Source of the DNA: an uncultured Chloroflexia bacterium
Lineage (GTDB): Bacteria; Chloroflexota; Anaerolineae; B4-G1; SLSP01
Length of the DNA: 63,521 nt
Direction: 5' to 3'
Assembly (NCBI GenBank): GCA_963751345.1
Contig: CAVVUS010000036.1
Coordinates: 1-63,521 of the forward strand
Below are positions 50,553 to 61,178 of the stretch, one piece after another. A model generated the notes under the pieces. It worked only from the letters and a program-made list of their open reading frames with translations. It was not told where the DNA came from and did not search any database. Position 1 is the first letter of the stretch. Each line of letters opens with the position of its first letter. The position numbers were made by a program, and so were the translations under genes.

Positions 50553-51728
50553 ATGGATGGTCGAGTGGTGACCGAACGAGTGACTCTGTTGGGCGGTGTC
50601 GACTGGCATCGACGGCTGTTTGACGCCTTGATTCCGCTGCCCGAGGGCACGAGTTACAATGCTTATCTGATCAAGGGTAGTGAGAGGACCGCGCTGCTGG
50701 ATACCGCGGATCCCTCTATGAGCGACGCCTTGCTGCGCCAACTGGCCGGCGTGGACCGGATCGACTACATCGTCGCCCACCACGCGGAGCAGGATCACGC
50801 GGGGACGCTTCCCCAACTGCTGGCGCGATACCCTGAAGCAAAGGTAGTTGCCAGCACCAAGGGAAAGGCGATGCTCCTGGATCTACTCCACCTGCCGGGA
50901 GAACGCGTGGAGATGGTAGATGACGGGCAGCGGCTCTCGCTGGGAGATCGGACGTTGGAGTTCGTCTATGCGCCGTGGGTGCATTGGCCCGAGACTATGC
51001 TCACGTACCTTCTCGAGGAGAGGATTCTCTTCACCTGTGACTTTTTCGGCTCGCACTACGCTACGTCGGAGACGTTCGTCGCGGGCAATGCCCACGTGGT
51101 TGAGGCGGCCAAGCGTTACTATGCGGAGATCATGATGCCGTTCCGCAGGCCGATCGAACGTCACCTTGCCAAGCTAGCGACGTACGACGTCGAGCTGATC
51201 GCCCCCGGCCACGGGCCCGTGTGGAACCAGCCGACAGAGATCCTCGATGCTTACCGCGACTGGGTGAGTGGGCCGCCGAAGAATCTGGCCGTGATCCCTT
51301 TCATCTCAATGCATGGTAGCACTCGCGAGCTCGTCGACCGTCTGGTGGCATCACTGACGGCGCGTGGTGTGCACGTGCAGCCCTTTGATCTGACGGTCAC
51401 CGATCTCGGCAACCTGGCGATGGCGCTCGTGGACGCGGCCACGGTGGTCATCGGGTCGCCGACGGTGCTGGGCGGTGCGCATCCCCAGGCGGCATATGCC
51501 GCCAGCCTGGCGAACGCCTTGCGACCCAAGACGCGTTATGCCAGCGTCGTCGGCTCCTACGGTTGGGCCGGCGGCGCAGCGGAGGCGCTGGTGGCTGCGA
51601 TGCCCGCGCTCAAGGTTGATGTGTTGGACCCCGTGCTGGTCCAGGGCAAGCCCCGGGACCGTGACTTCGCGGCTGTTGACGTACTGGCCGCGACAATCGC
51701 CCAGAAGCACCGAGAGCTGGATCGCTGA
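50553..51728 (+). CDS. fprA: Flavodiiron protein (FprA/NorV-like)
   Basis: GTSYNAYLI, HHAEQDHAG, VHWPE, CDFFG, PGHG, flavodoxin SMHGST and GSPT. Confidence 0.92.
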   Translation: MDGRVVTERVTLLGGVDWHRRLFDALIPLPEGTSYNAYLIKGSERTALLDTADPSMSDALLRQLAGVDRIDYIVAHHAEQDHAGTLPQLLARYPEAKVVASTKGKAMLLDLLHLPGERVEMVDDGQRLSLGDRTLEFVYAPWVHWPETMLTYLLEERILFTCDFFGSHYATSETFVAGNAHVVEAAKRYYAEIMMPFRRPIERHLAKLATYDVELIAPGHGPVWNQPTEILDAYRDWVSGPPKNLAVIPFISMHGSTRELVDRLVASLTARGVHVQPFDLTVTDLGNLAMALVDAATVVIGSPTVLGGAHPQAAYAASLANALRPKTRYASVVGSYGWAGGAAEALVAAMPALKVDVLDPVLVQGKPRDRDFAAVDVLAATIAQKHRELDR

Positions 51729-51740
51729 GAGGAGGGTACG

Positions 51741-53016
51741 ATGAGCGAGATCATCAATAACCAGACACAGAGAGAGGCAAAACTGAAGGCTATCATTCGC
51801 CAGCTTCACGAGGGGCGGCCGGTAGACGAAGTGAAGTTGGCGTTCGCGGATCTGCTGGAGGACGTGGGGCCTGATGAGATCGTGCGCATCGAGGAAGCCC
51901 TGGTCGCTGAGGGCCTGGACCCGGCAGAGATCCAACCGCTGTGCGATATCCATGTCTCGGTCTTCAAGGAAAGCCTGGATGGGCAGCGAGCGCCGGAGAC
52001 GTTGCCCGGGCACCCGATCTTCACCTATCGGGCGGAGAACCTGGGCGTGGCACGCGTGCTCGACGAGGTCGGTGAGGCGCTCAACGACTACGTCTCCCTC
52101 CCGAATGAGCACACCCGAGAGGAGGCGCAGGCAGCCCTCGTACAGCTCATGGAATACGACAGGCATTATCTGCGGAAGGAGAACCTGCTCTTTCCCTACC
52201 TGGAGCGCACCGGTTTCGTCGGGCCGAGCAAGGTGATGTGGGGGGTGCACGACGAGATCCGGGAGATGTGGCGCGCGCTCTCAACCGCCGTGGAGGAATC
52301 CCAACCGGCAGTGGGAGGGAAGCCGGACACTGCGCTGCTGGCGAAGTTCGAGCCTCTCGCAGAGGCGATTCGGTCGATGGTCTACAAGGAAGAGCACATT
52401 CTCTTCCCTGCGGCGCTGCAGCGACTCAATGATGCCGACTGGGCGGCTATCCGTGACCAGGGCGATGAGATCGGTTACAGCTACGCCCGCCCCGGGCGCG
52501 CTTGGGCTCCGGGGATGGGCGTCCCCGACGCCGAGACGGCGAAGACGGCCGCTCACGGCGGGGCTGCAGCGGAGGTGGCATCTATCGTACCTCCGAGCGG
52601 CGGCATTCCGCTCAACACAGGCGTGCTCACGGCGGAGCAGATCAACCTGATGTTGAGGACGCTGCCGGTGGACGTGACGTTTGTCGACGAGTACGATGAA
52701 GTGCGCTACTTCACGCAGGGCCGCGAGCGCATTTTCCAGCGGTCCCCGGCGATCATCGGCCGGAAGGTGCAGAACTGCCATCCTCCCCAGAGCTCTAGGC
52801 CGCGTGCAACAGATCCTGGACGACTTCCGTGCCGGCGTTCGCGATGTGGCCGAGTTCTGGATCCAGATGGCGCCCGAGGGCGAGCCGCTCTTCGTGCACA
52901 TACGCTACTTCGCCTTGCGCAGCGAGGACGGCACGTATCGTGGCACGATCGAGGTCACTCAGAATCTGACGCCGCTGCGGGCGCTGGAAGGGGAGAAGCG
53001 ACTGCTGGCAGAGTGA
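51741..53016 (+). CDS. DUF438 / hemerythrin-like / PAS domain protein, frameshifted near 52795
   Basis: LCDIH, GHPI, HYLRKENLLFP, VMWGVHDEIR, LPVDVTFVD, VQNCHPP. Confidence 0.9.
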
Positions 53017-53018
53017 GT

Positions 53019-53063
53019 AGGGAGAATGACAGGAACACAGTCTGTGTTCCTGTCATTCTCCCT
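53019..53063. terminator. 22-bp perfect inverted repeat between convergent genes
   Basis: AGGGAGAATGACAGGAACACAG-T-CTGTGTTCCTGTCATTCTCCCT. Confidence 0.7.
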
Positions 53064-54699
53064 TTGTGGCAGCAAACACCCTGCTCAACACCACGTTTGC
53101 CAGTTCGAGACCCGCCTTGGTGGCCAGACCCCAGGTGAGCAGGGCGAGATAATCGGCCAGTGAACCGAAGTTCGTGGTGAAGTAGCGATCAAGTCCCGCG
53201 ATTATTGACGTGGCCAGCGCGATCCCTGTGACCGTGCGCTCACCGATGAGCAGCGCGTCGTCGACGTAGGCCAGCCGCTCGCTGTCGGAGCCCAGGCGTT
53301 CGTACAGGTCGAGATTGAGGCGAGGAAGGCGGAAGGTGTCGAGCCTCGCATAGGTGCGCACGAGTGATCGCAGCTTTCCCAGGATGTCGATGGGGAAGCT
53401 CTCCACAGACTCGCCGGCCTCGGGCAGTGTGCCCTTGGCCGCCGCAGCCATCGCCTCGACCTGCTCGGAGAGCTCGGAACCCGCGTAGTAGACGAAGGGG
53501 TCCATCAGGCGTCGTGTCAGTTCCTGGGCGGATGTGAGTTCCTGCTCCGCTTCACGCTGCCCCAGGTCATCCAGGTCCGTCGCCTCCCACAGGTCACGGG
53601 CGGCAGAGTTGAGGTGGTGCCGCGCCGTCTCCAACATCCCCTGCTCGCTCTCACTGAGGTCGATGCCGGGCTTGCTCAGCTCGCGGATCGCGTCTCGGAC
53701 GAGAATGCCGAGTGCGTAGAGCTCACCCCAGGAGCCTGCAAGAGTTGCAGCCTTGTCGATGCGGTCCGCGTAGGTAGGCACCTGGGGCATCTGAAGCTTG
53801 GTTCCGCGGAGCAGCTCTCGCCCCACGGTGTAAAACCGGGGTTCCTGTAACTCAATATCGCCAGGGCGCTCGGCCTGGTCAATCACCGGGCGAGCATCCT
53901 GGAGGAGCTTGCGACCCAGACGGTCCAGCTTCTCACGAAAGTGGGACCAGACCTCGGTCTCTTGCTCCAGATCCGCCAACGGCTTGAGGATCGTGACCTG
54001 GAAGGCCTCGCGCTCGCCCTCCGTCGGTTCACCGTAGTGTGTGCGATCCCAATTGCGGATCGCGACATCCAGCGCGTCCCTGCGAAGCTGGAAGTCCTCT
54101 GCGACCGTGTAGCCATGGACAGACTTGCGCAGCTTGGCGAAGGTCAGGCTGACGGCGTTCAGACGCCGGAGCAGCTGGAGTGTCGTCTTGCGAATCGTCA
54201 GATAGCGTTGCACCTCGCGTGCGGCGGCGACGCCGGCCCAAACGACGAGCAGTGGCCAGAGGATGATGTCCTTGACGTTGACGGTCAGGTCGACGCTGCC
54301 GGCGTCGGGGGCCTCGGGAGCGAAGTCCACCGTGCCCGCGTAGGTGCCGCTCAGCCCCCAGCGACGGTCGAAATCCAGTGAGAGGCGGGCGCCCTGGCGC
54401 GCGTCGGCACTCTCAAGGACAACCGCGATCCCTCCACCGCGGACGTTGCCCAGGTACCCCAGCCGGGTCGGGCTGATGGGGGTGGCATTGACGCTGTCGA
54501 GCGGCAGCGTGCAGCCGAGGGCCAATCCGCGGATGCAGATGGGGTCCAGGAAGGGAAGGATCCTGACGGCATTGAGCGTCCACGTGTCCACGGCGGGAAG
54601 CCCTGGCAGGGAAGGGGGGACAGTCAGTGCTGCTGTGGGCCCAGCAGTCACCAACAGCGCAAATAGCGCGGCGAGGATCAGCCATCGTGTACCTGTCAT
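53053..54699 (-). CDS. Hypothetical membrane protein (signal peptide, TM, long helical region, two C-terminal TMs)
   Basis: Long intact ORF with the hydrophobic pattern described; no recognised family. Confidence 0.7.
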   Translation of the reverse strand: MTGTRWLILAALFALLVTAGPTAALTVPPSLPGLPAVDTWTLNAVRILPFLDPICIRGLALGCTLPLDSVNATPISPTRLGYLGNVRGGGIAVVLESADARQGARLSLDFDRRWGLSGTYAGTVDFAPEAPDAGSVDLTVNVKDIILWPLLVVWAGVAAAREVQRYLTIRKTTLQLLRRLNAVSLTFAKLRKSVHGYTVAEDFQLRRDALDVAIRNWDRTHYGEPTEGEREAFQVTILKPLADLEQETEVWSHFREKLDRLGRKLLQDARPVIDQAERPGDIELQEPRFYTVGRELLRGTKLQMPQVPTYADRIDKAATLAGSWGELYALGILVRDAIRELSKPGIDLSESEQGMLETARHHLNSAARDLWEATDLDDLGQREAEQELTSAQELTRRLMDPFVYYAGSELSEQVEAMAAAAKGTLPEAGESVESFPIDILGKLRSLVRTYARLDTFRLPRLNLDLYERLGSDSERLAYVDDALLIGERTVTGIALATSIIAGLDRYFTTNFGSLADYLALLTWGLATKAGLELANVVLSRVFAATKGE

Positions 54700-54847
54700 G
54701 CGGCAAGCCCCCTTGACTGTCATATCCCGGCGGAGGTGATCCCGGGTGGCTCTGGCTTATCTGTACATTCAAGCCCATTATACCGTCAAGGTGCCGTACG
54801 GCGCAAGCCACGGAAGGTTCGGTTGTGTTACGGTTTGGACACGAGAA

Positions 54848-54874
54848 AGGCGCCGGTCAACTTGACCGGCGCCT
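54848..54874 (-). terminator. Rho-independent terminator
   Basis: AGGCGCCGGTCAA-C-TTGACCGGCGCCT, followed by a short T run on the minus strand. Confidence 0.6.
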
Positions 54875-54905
54875 GTAGCGTCAGCATGATGAGAGACGGA
54901 GGACT

Positions 54906-55921
54906 CTATTCCTTCTCGCCTCTTGCGCAGCACAGCCACAGCAGCGGACGTGGCGACAATAGCGGCCAAGAGCAGAAGAGCTGAGGTGCCGGTATCGCCC
55001 GTGACCGCGGAAATCGTGACGGCTGTGTGGAGCATGCGGCCTTGTATGGCGAATGGTGGGCTTCGGGCGATGCCACCGTGTAATCGCATCCGTCCGGCAG
55101 TGTCGCCGACCATTCGTAGACCATGGCCCATTCCCACTGGTACTGGGTGCTGAAGGTGATGGGATCCCCTGTCGTATAGCTCGCCGGGAAGCCGCCAGTG
55201 TACGTGATGTCGTCGGGGTGGGCGGTGTCGAAAGGCGACTTCCAGTAGTAACTATCACAGGTGCCACCGGAAGTGCAGTTCACGTTCATGTCGTACGTGG
55301 GAGCGTAGTCGGGACTCGCCGGGTTGTTCAGGCGAGCGTAGTTGTTCATGTTCCACACGATGGAACTTGATGAGCTGTAGCCAGTGGGGGGCGTGCCTGA
55401 ACTGGTGGGATTCGTCCATATCCGAATGCCAGTCCTGGGCCATATTGTCATAGTCCTCGGCATTCGTCTTGTCCCCCTCGGCGGCATAGCCCTGGCGCCA
55501 AGTGTAATCGGTGCCGCAGATTGTGGCGGTGAATTCGGCATACTCGGAGTTCATCAAATGGAACGCCGGGCGCGCATTAGCGCCATTTGTCGTCCAACCG
55601 GCGCTCTGCATATAGGCCGATGGATCTCCTGGATGTAACTTCATATCAAAGGCGTTGTCGTTGAACCTGCCATCGACGACGAGCGCTACGTAGAGCTTCT
55701 GTGCGCTGGTGTCGGCATAGGTCCATAGCGTGGCGCCACCGATTGGGCTGGTGCCGTAGTACGTATAGCTTCGTGCTGTCGCCATCGCCATAGAACAGTC
55801 CGTTGACCGTCGGAGGACCAGCTGCCAATACAACCGGGGTAACCATCAGAGTTGCCAACAGAACAGACACTACAGTCGCTGCGTGAGCCAGAAGGCGCAC
55901 AAATCGTAGCTGCTTTCTCAT
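54906..55921 (-). CDS. Secreted/surface protein with C-terminal TAVT-motif + TM + basic tail; several frameshifts
   Basis: Signal peptide MRKQLRFV...VLA. Fragments 55646-55936, 55255-55833 and 54906-55541 join; tail TAVTISAVTG...ALLLLAAIVATSAAVAVLRKRR. Confidence 0.6.
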
Positions 55922-56285
55922 CACTTCCTCCTCCATATCGAACCCATTGGATCTCGAACGGACATGCTTGTTTTTGGATATCGTGTTTACCTACTCACTC
56001 TAATATAACGCAGCTCGGTTCGTGCAGATACGGATGGTTAGGAAACTCATGTATGCACACAAACCTGATTCTTACTTGCTAACCGACGTGGGTTGGAAGT
56101 ATCTATCCGGGAGATCGGTCCGTCAGGAATGCTTGCGGGGGCGACGAGGAGGACACGGAAAGACGACGGATCTGCCCGGGAGGCGTGCGGGTATAGAGCG
56201 CTTCAGCAAGCGATAGTGTCCGGTTGGCGATGGGCCAACCTGCCCCTGAGGCCTCTGCCGCGTGGGCGATGAGGGACGGAGCGGG

Positions 56286-57542
56286 CTAATCCCGATTGTA
56301 GAGGCGGTGCAGCAACCCCATACCCATCACAAAGGCGATGGCGCAAAGGGCATAGACCCAGGCCAGGGGAACGACGAGGATCAGCGCGTATGCGAGGAAG
56401 GGACCCGTCGCGGCTCCGATGTCGCCGGCGGTGGCATAGGCGCCCATCGCCGCCCCCCTGCGGTCGCTAGGAGCGAGGTCACCAATCGCGGCGGTAAGTC
56501 CGGCCATCCCCCCGCCTGCACTCACCGCGCCGATGGCCACGGCGATCACGATGCCCGGCAGCGATTGCACCAGACCCAGGAGACCGAACCCGACGGCGCC
56601 GAGCACCAGACTGCCAACTAAGACGAGGCCGCGCTCGTTCCGGTGGTCCGACAGGTGGCCCGCAAGGGGGCCCGTCCCTCCCGCGACGAGGGACCGGAAC
56701 GCCGAGAGGATGCCCGTGGCGGTCGCGACACCCAGGACGACTGTGCCCAGCGTCACATGGGCGCCGAAACGCTCGTCCATCAGTAGGTTGAGTGTCGACA
56801 GCGCGACTCCCTCGCCAACGAACTGGTAGATCACCGTCAGCAGCATCACGGAGAGGAGCCGTGGGTTCTGCCGGAGCACCCGGGCTCCACGTATGACGGT
56901 GTCCGTGAGCCGTTGCCCGAGGGCAATGGGCGGCCGGCTATCGGCGCCAGGATTGCGCCCCCCCGCCCCCGGCGTATGGGTCTCCGGCAAGCCCAGGAGG
57001 GCGACGAGAAACCCGACCGCAGTCGTGGCGGCGTAGAGGCGCATCGTGACGTGGAAGCCCAGCGTATCGACCATGAAGCCGCCCAGAAGCGGTCCTACCG
57101 CAAAGCCGACCAACATCCATGCATTGTAAATGCCGGTCAGCCGGCCTCGATTCGCCCGATGGGTGATGTCCTGGACCATCGTCATGCCGCCGACGTTGAT
57201 GAGGGTCCAGGCCACACCCCACATCAGCCGCGCAAGCAGAAAGGGGAGGAATCCCCTGACGACGCCATACCCGAGCGTCGAGACCACACCCAGGAGCATG
57301 CCCAGGAGAAAGAGTCGACGCCTTCCCACGCGGTCGTAGAGCGCCCCGACGATAGGATTGCCGGGGATGCGGATCACGCGGTTGGCGCCCGGCATGATCC
57401 CGACTGAGGCCAGGCTCAGCCCGACGGTCGCTCGCTGGCTTGGTAGCACGGCGTAGAGCGTCAGATCGCCGAAGAGCGAGAGGCATACCGCCAGGCCCAG
57501 CGGCAGCAGCACGCGCCGTGGATGGACGGCAGCGGCATCCAC
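56286..57542 (-). CDS. MFS transporter
   Basis: GALYDRVGRR motif A, 12 TM pattern, GHLSDH, RRGAAMG. Confidence 0.9.
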   Translation of the reverse strand: MDAAAVHPRRVLLPLGLAVCLSLFGDLTLYAVLPSQRATVGLSLASVGIMPGANRVIRIPGNPIVGALYDRVGRRRLFLLGMLLGVVSTLGYGVVRGFLPFLLARLMWGVAWTLINVGGMTMVQDITHRANRGRLTGIYNAWMLVGFAVGPLLGGFMVDTLGFHVTMRLYAATTAVGFLVALLGLPETHTPGAGGRNPGADSRPPIALGQRLTDTVIRGARVLRQNPRLLSVMLLTVIYQFVGEGVALSTLNLLMDERFGAHVTLGTVVLGVATATGILSAFRSLVAGGTGPLAGHLSDHRNERGLVLVGSLVLGAVGFGLLGLVQSLPGIVIAVAIGAVSAGGGMAGLTAAIGDLAPSDRRGAAMGAYATAGDIGAATGPFLAYALILVVPLAWVYALCAIAFVMGMGLLHRLYNRD

Positions 57543-58411
57543 TACTGGGGCATCCTGAAGCCGCCCCCCACATAGATGAGTTGGCCGGTCAGCCAGTGCG
57601 CCTGTGCGGACGCCAGGAAGATGATGACTTCGGCGACGTCATCCGGCTGGCCCACGCGGCCGAGGGGCGTCTGGGCGGCGATGTCGGTTACCTGGTCCGG
57701 CGTGAGGTAGCCCGTCTGGATGGGCCCCGGCGCCACGACGTTGACGGTGATCCCGTAGGGACCCATTTCCGTGGCCGCCGAGCGGCTGTAAGACTCGATC
57801 GCGTGCTTGCTGGCGGCGTAGCTGATGTTGGCGGGATGGGCGTGGGCGGCATCGGTGCTGACGTTGATGATACGGCCTTGGGATCCGCTCCGGGCAATGT
57901 AGCGCTCGAGGTACTCTGCCATAAGAAGTGCCGTGGCCCTGGCATTGATGGCGAAATGCGCGTCAATGCTCCGTGCAGTGGTGAGCGAGATCGGGAACCC
58001 CTCGTCGGTGACCCGTGCCGGATCGAAGGTCTCCATCACGCAGTGCGTGTGGTTGCTGACCAACACATCGACGGGTCCGAGCCTCATCTCGCTGTCGTCG
58101 AAGAGGTGGGGGACCGTATTGGGGTCTGCGAGATCCGCCTCCAAGGCCACGGCCTGCCCACCGTGGGCCACGATCCAGCCGGCTACCGCCTCACCGTCCT
58201 GCTGCTGTTGTGCCTCATAGAGCACAGGGCCCCCGGCTCCACGCGTCCTGGCCTCCGAAAGCTCTGCAGGTAAGTGCAGCGGGGACGGCCGGAAGAAGGT
58301 CAGGTAGACGCGGGCACCCTGCGCAGCGAAGGCGCGCGCAGTTGCGGCACCAATGCCGTGGTTAGCCCCCGTGATCAAGACAACACGGTCTTTGAGCTGT
58401 GGATCGATCAT
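57542..58411 (-). CDS. SDR family oxidoreductase (FabG-like)
   Basis: ITGANHGIG, YAASK, NVVAPGPIQT, LTGQLIYVGGG. Confidence 0.92.
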   Translation of the reverse strand: MIDPQLKDRVVLITGANHGIGAATARAFAAQGARVYLTFFRPSPLHLPAELSEARTRGAGGPVLYEAQQQQDGEAVAGWIVAHGGQAVALEADLADPNTVPHLFDDSEMRLGPVDVLVSNHTHCVMETFDPARVTDEGFPISLTTARSIDAHFAINARATALLMAEYLERYIARSGSQGRIINVSTDAAHAHPANISYAASKHAIESYSRSAATEMGPYGITVNVVAPGPIQTGYLTPDQVTDIAAQTPLGRVGQPDDVAEVIIFLASAQAHWLTGQLIYVGGGFRMPQ

Positions 58412-58654
58412 CGCTTCCGCCTCCTGGACTGTGGTCGGATTCTCGCCTCCCTGCGCCCGCCAAGTATACGATGGTTCCGACTAAATGCCTGGTAACCGGC
58501 TGTGCCCGGTTTCCTGTTCCGGCGATCTGCGATATCCTATGCCGGTGCGCGCGGCGGCCCGGCAGGTGGCATACTGCTCCAGGGCGGTACGCATCGCGAC
58601 CCGCGAGGGGTTCTTCACACGCCGCTACAGCCTGATCCCAGGAAAGGATGCGAG

Positions 58655-59518
58655 GTGAATCGCTTCGCCGTCGTCACCGACAGTACGTCGAACCTGCCGC
58701 CGGAGCTTGCGGAGAAGCTCGGGATTCCCCGTATCCCATGTGTCATCCACTGGGGAGAGGAGTCCTATCTTGATGCCGTGACGCTGGATGCCGAAACGTT
58801 CTACCGCCAGCTTGTGGCGCGCCAGGAGCTTCCCAAGACGTCCCAACCCTCGGCGGGTGCCTTTATGGCGTTCTTCGAGAAGGTGGCCGATGCCCATGGC
58901 GTGGATGAGATTCTCGCCGTGCTCCTGTCGTCGGCGCTGAGCGGTACGATGGCCTCTGCCGAGCAGGCGCGGGCGCAACTCGCGGATCTGCGGCCCGACC
59001 TGCGGATCGAACTGGTGGACTCGCGCTCTGTGTCCATGGGACTGGGCTTGCAGGTGCTGGCGGCACAGCGAGTGGCAGATGCCGGCAGGCCGGTGGAGGA
59101 CGCAATCGCGGCGGTGAGGCAATGCTACGCGGGGACCCAGATTCTCTTTGCCGTTAACACCCTGGAGTACCTGCACCGCGGTGGGCGTATCGGGGGCGCG
59201 TCGCGCCTCCTGGGTTCGGCGCTCAATCTCAAGCCCGTGCTGACCATCGACGCCGGACGTGTAGAACTTCTGGAGAAGGTGCGCAGCCGCGGGAAATCGC
59301 TGCGCCGTATCATCCAGATCGCCGAGGCGCGCCTGTCCGGAAGGCGTCCGAAGGAGCTGGCGCTGATGCACACCGGTGCTGATGAGGATCTACCGGAGTT
59401 TGCGGAGAGGGTCGTCGAGCGACTCAGGCCGGAGACCGTCTATACGGAAGTGTTGACACCCGTCATCGGCGTCCACAGCGGGCCGGGGACGATCGGCATC
59501 GGATTCTACGCGGAGTGA
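58655..59518 (+). CDS. DegV family fatty acid-binding protein
   Basis: VVTDSTSNLP, PKTSQPS, SSALSGT, LEYLHRGGRIG, HSGPGTIG. Confidence 0.93.
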   Translation: MNRFAVVTDSTSNLPPELAEKLGIPRIPCVIHWGEESYLDAVTLDAETFYRQLVARQELPKTSQPSAGAFMAFFEKVADAHGVDEILAVLLSSALSGTMASAEQARAQLADLRPDLRIELVDSRSVSMGLGLQVLAAQRVADAGRPVEDAIAAVRQCYAGTQILFAVNTLEYLHRGGRIGGASRLLGSALNLKPVLTIDAGRVELLEKVRSRGKSLRRIIQIAEARLSGRRPKELALMHTGADEDLPEFAERVVERLRPETVYTEVLTPVIGVHSGPGTIGIGFYAE

Positions 59519-59642
59519 ATGGGCATGGGGCAGCTTCCGGCTGGCAGGCCCTTCGCGACCGCGACCAGCCCTGGAGCTACAATCCCGGCGCGGATCCTCC
59601 CGTCCGGCATACGATCGCCTCTCAGAAGCCCGGCACCTTGTG

Positions 59643-60968
59643 CTAGAGTCCCCCTGCCACCCACAACTCACCGGCGTCCGGCTGCCATAGCCAGGTCCGC
59701 CCGGCGCCGTCGGTCTCCAGCCGGCAGGCGAAGTTGTCGCCCTCGTGCGTGAGCGTCAGCTCCCCAGCCGTCACCTTGTAGAGACGATTTCCCACGCATA
59801 GCCAGCCATTCCCGTCCTGGTCAACCGCCACGTCGGGTACGCCCTGGTCGGACATCAGCTTCCATTCCCCACTCCGGACCCTGAACACCAGGTAGAGACC
59901 TGCGTCGCAGCTTGCGCCGCCGCAGGGGGCCATCGTCACCCAGACGGTGTCTTTTCCGCCCAGGGCCAGGTCGACGAGGTAACCCCACCGCATGCCGCTA
60001 TCCAGCGCGATGTCGGGGTGGTCCAACTTCGCCCAGCCTTCGTTCTGTGCATAGCTCCACAGATCGCCGTCGACGCCCACCCAGATCCTGCCGGACGCAT
60101 CGACCTCTATGTCCTTAATGCAGCCTGAGCCGACGACTGTCGACGCTTGCCCCTGCCAACTGTTGCCATCAAACCAACGGGCGCCCTGGCCCATTGGGCC
60201 GGGGCCTGCCCAGGCACAATCGGTGACCCAAACGTCGCCGGTAGCATCCAGTGCCACGTCGGAGAGTGAGAAGTCGACGCCCATCTCGACCATGGTGGCC
60301 GACGGAACGAAGCCGGCTTCATCCGGCGGGAGGACGATCCAGCCCTCGCCGTCGAAGGCGCGGACGTCGTGATGGGTCACGAGCCAGTTCCAACCGCGGG
60401 GATCGGTCACGATTCCCTCGCTGACGGTGGCGTAGGGTACGTCGTGAGACAGTGGCCCTGCAGGCGTCCAGCCCGCGCTTGCACCGAAGCTGCTGGACGC
60501 CTGGGACGTCCACACGGTCGCCTGGTCCCCGGCGTCGCCGGTAGTCCACAGGCGGCCTAGACCGTCGAATCCGAGCATAACGATATTGTCTGAGCTTCTC
60601 TGGGACCATAGGCCCTGGTTCAGGACGGACAGCCCTTTGTCACTGCTCACCCACAGCGCACCGACAGGGTCCACCCGGACGTCGCGGATCAAGCTTGGGA
60701 TCGGGTCCGGCGCCGGTGCGACGGGCTGGAAAGGCCCGAGCCCATTTCCCGGAGTCGGTGTCGGAGATGCCTCTGCCATCGCGGCGGGGGTGGGGAGGGG
60801 CTCCGTCGGGGGTGGCGTGACCGTCGGCAGGTGGATCTCCAGGGTCGCCAGGATTCCGGCGGGCGTTGGCCCCGGATTGCCCAGCTGCACGGCAGTGCAG
60901 CCCAGGCCCAGGCAGACAAGGATGACTGCGGCCAGCCTCGTCCGGAGATCGATGGGTCTGCTGGACAT
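59643..60968 (-). CDS. Lipoprotein with Pro/Thr linker and beta-propeller (two-component-regulator-propeller-like) repeats
   Basis: LGLGC lipobox, PTVTPPPTEP linker, repeated D..G.lWv units. Confidence 0.7.
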   Translation of the reverse strand: MSSRPIDLRTRLAAVILVCLGLGCTAVQLGNPGPTPAGILATLEIHLPTVTPPPTEPLPTPAAMAEASPTPTPGNGLGPFQPVAPAPDPIPSLIRDVRVDPVGALWVSSDKGLSVLNQGLWSQRSSDNIVMLGFDGLGRLWTTGDAGDQATVWTSQASSSFGASAGWTPAGPLSHDVPYATVSEGIVTDPRGWNWLVTHHDVRAFDGEGWIVLPPDEAGFVPSATMVEMGVDFSLSDVALDATGDVWVTDCAWAGPGPMGQGARWFDGNSWQGQASTVVGSGCIKDIEVDASGRIWVGVDGDLWSYAQNEGWAKLDHPDIALDSGMRWGYLVDLALGGKDTVWVTMAPCGGASCDAGLYLVFRVRSGEWKLMSDQGVPDVAVDQDGNGWLCVGNRLYKVTAGELTLTHEGDNFACRLETDGAGRTWLWQPDAGELWVAGGL

Positions 60969-61178
60969 AGATCCCTCCTACGCGCGCGAATGAACGAGTG
61001 TTGGGTATCCTCTTCCGTTGCCGGTCAGTATAGGCCACTGACTCGGATGCTCAAGTCGCGTTGCCTGCGAAGTCGAATGCCTATGTGCGCTACGCCTTGC
61101 TTGTTCCGGCGGGCCGGTTAGGTATCATGCTACGATACGACGATCGTCAGGGCAGTGTAATGGAAGAGGTTGGGCACG

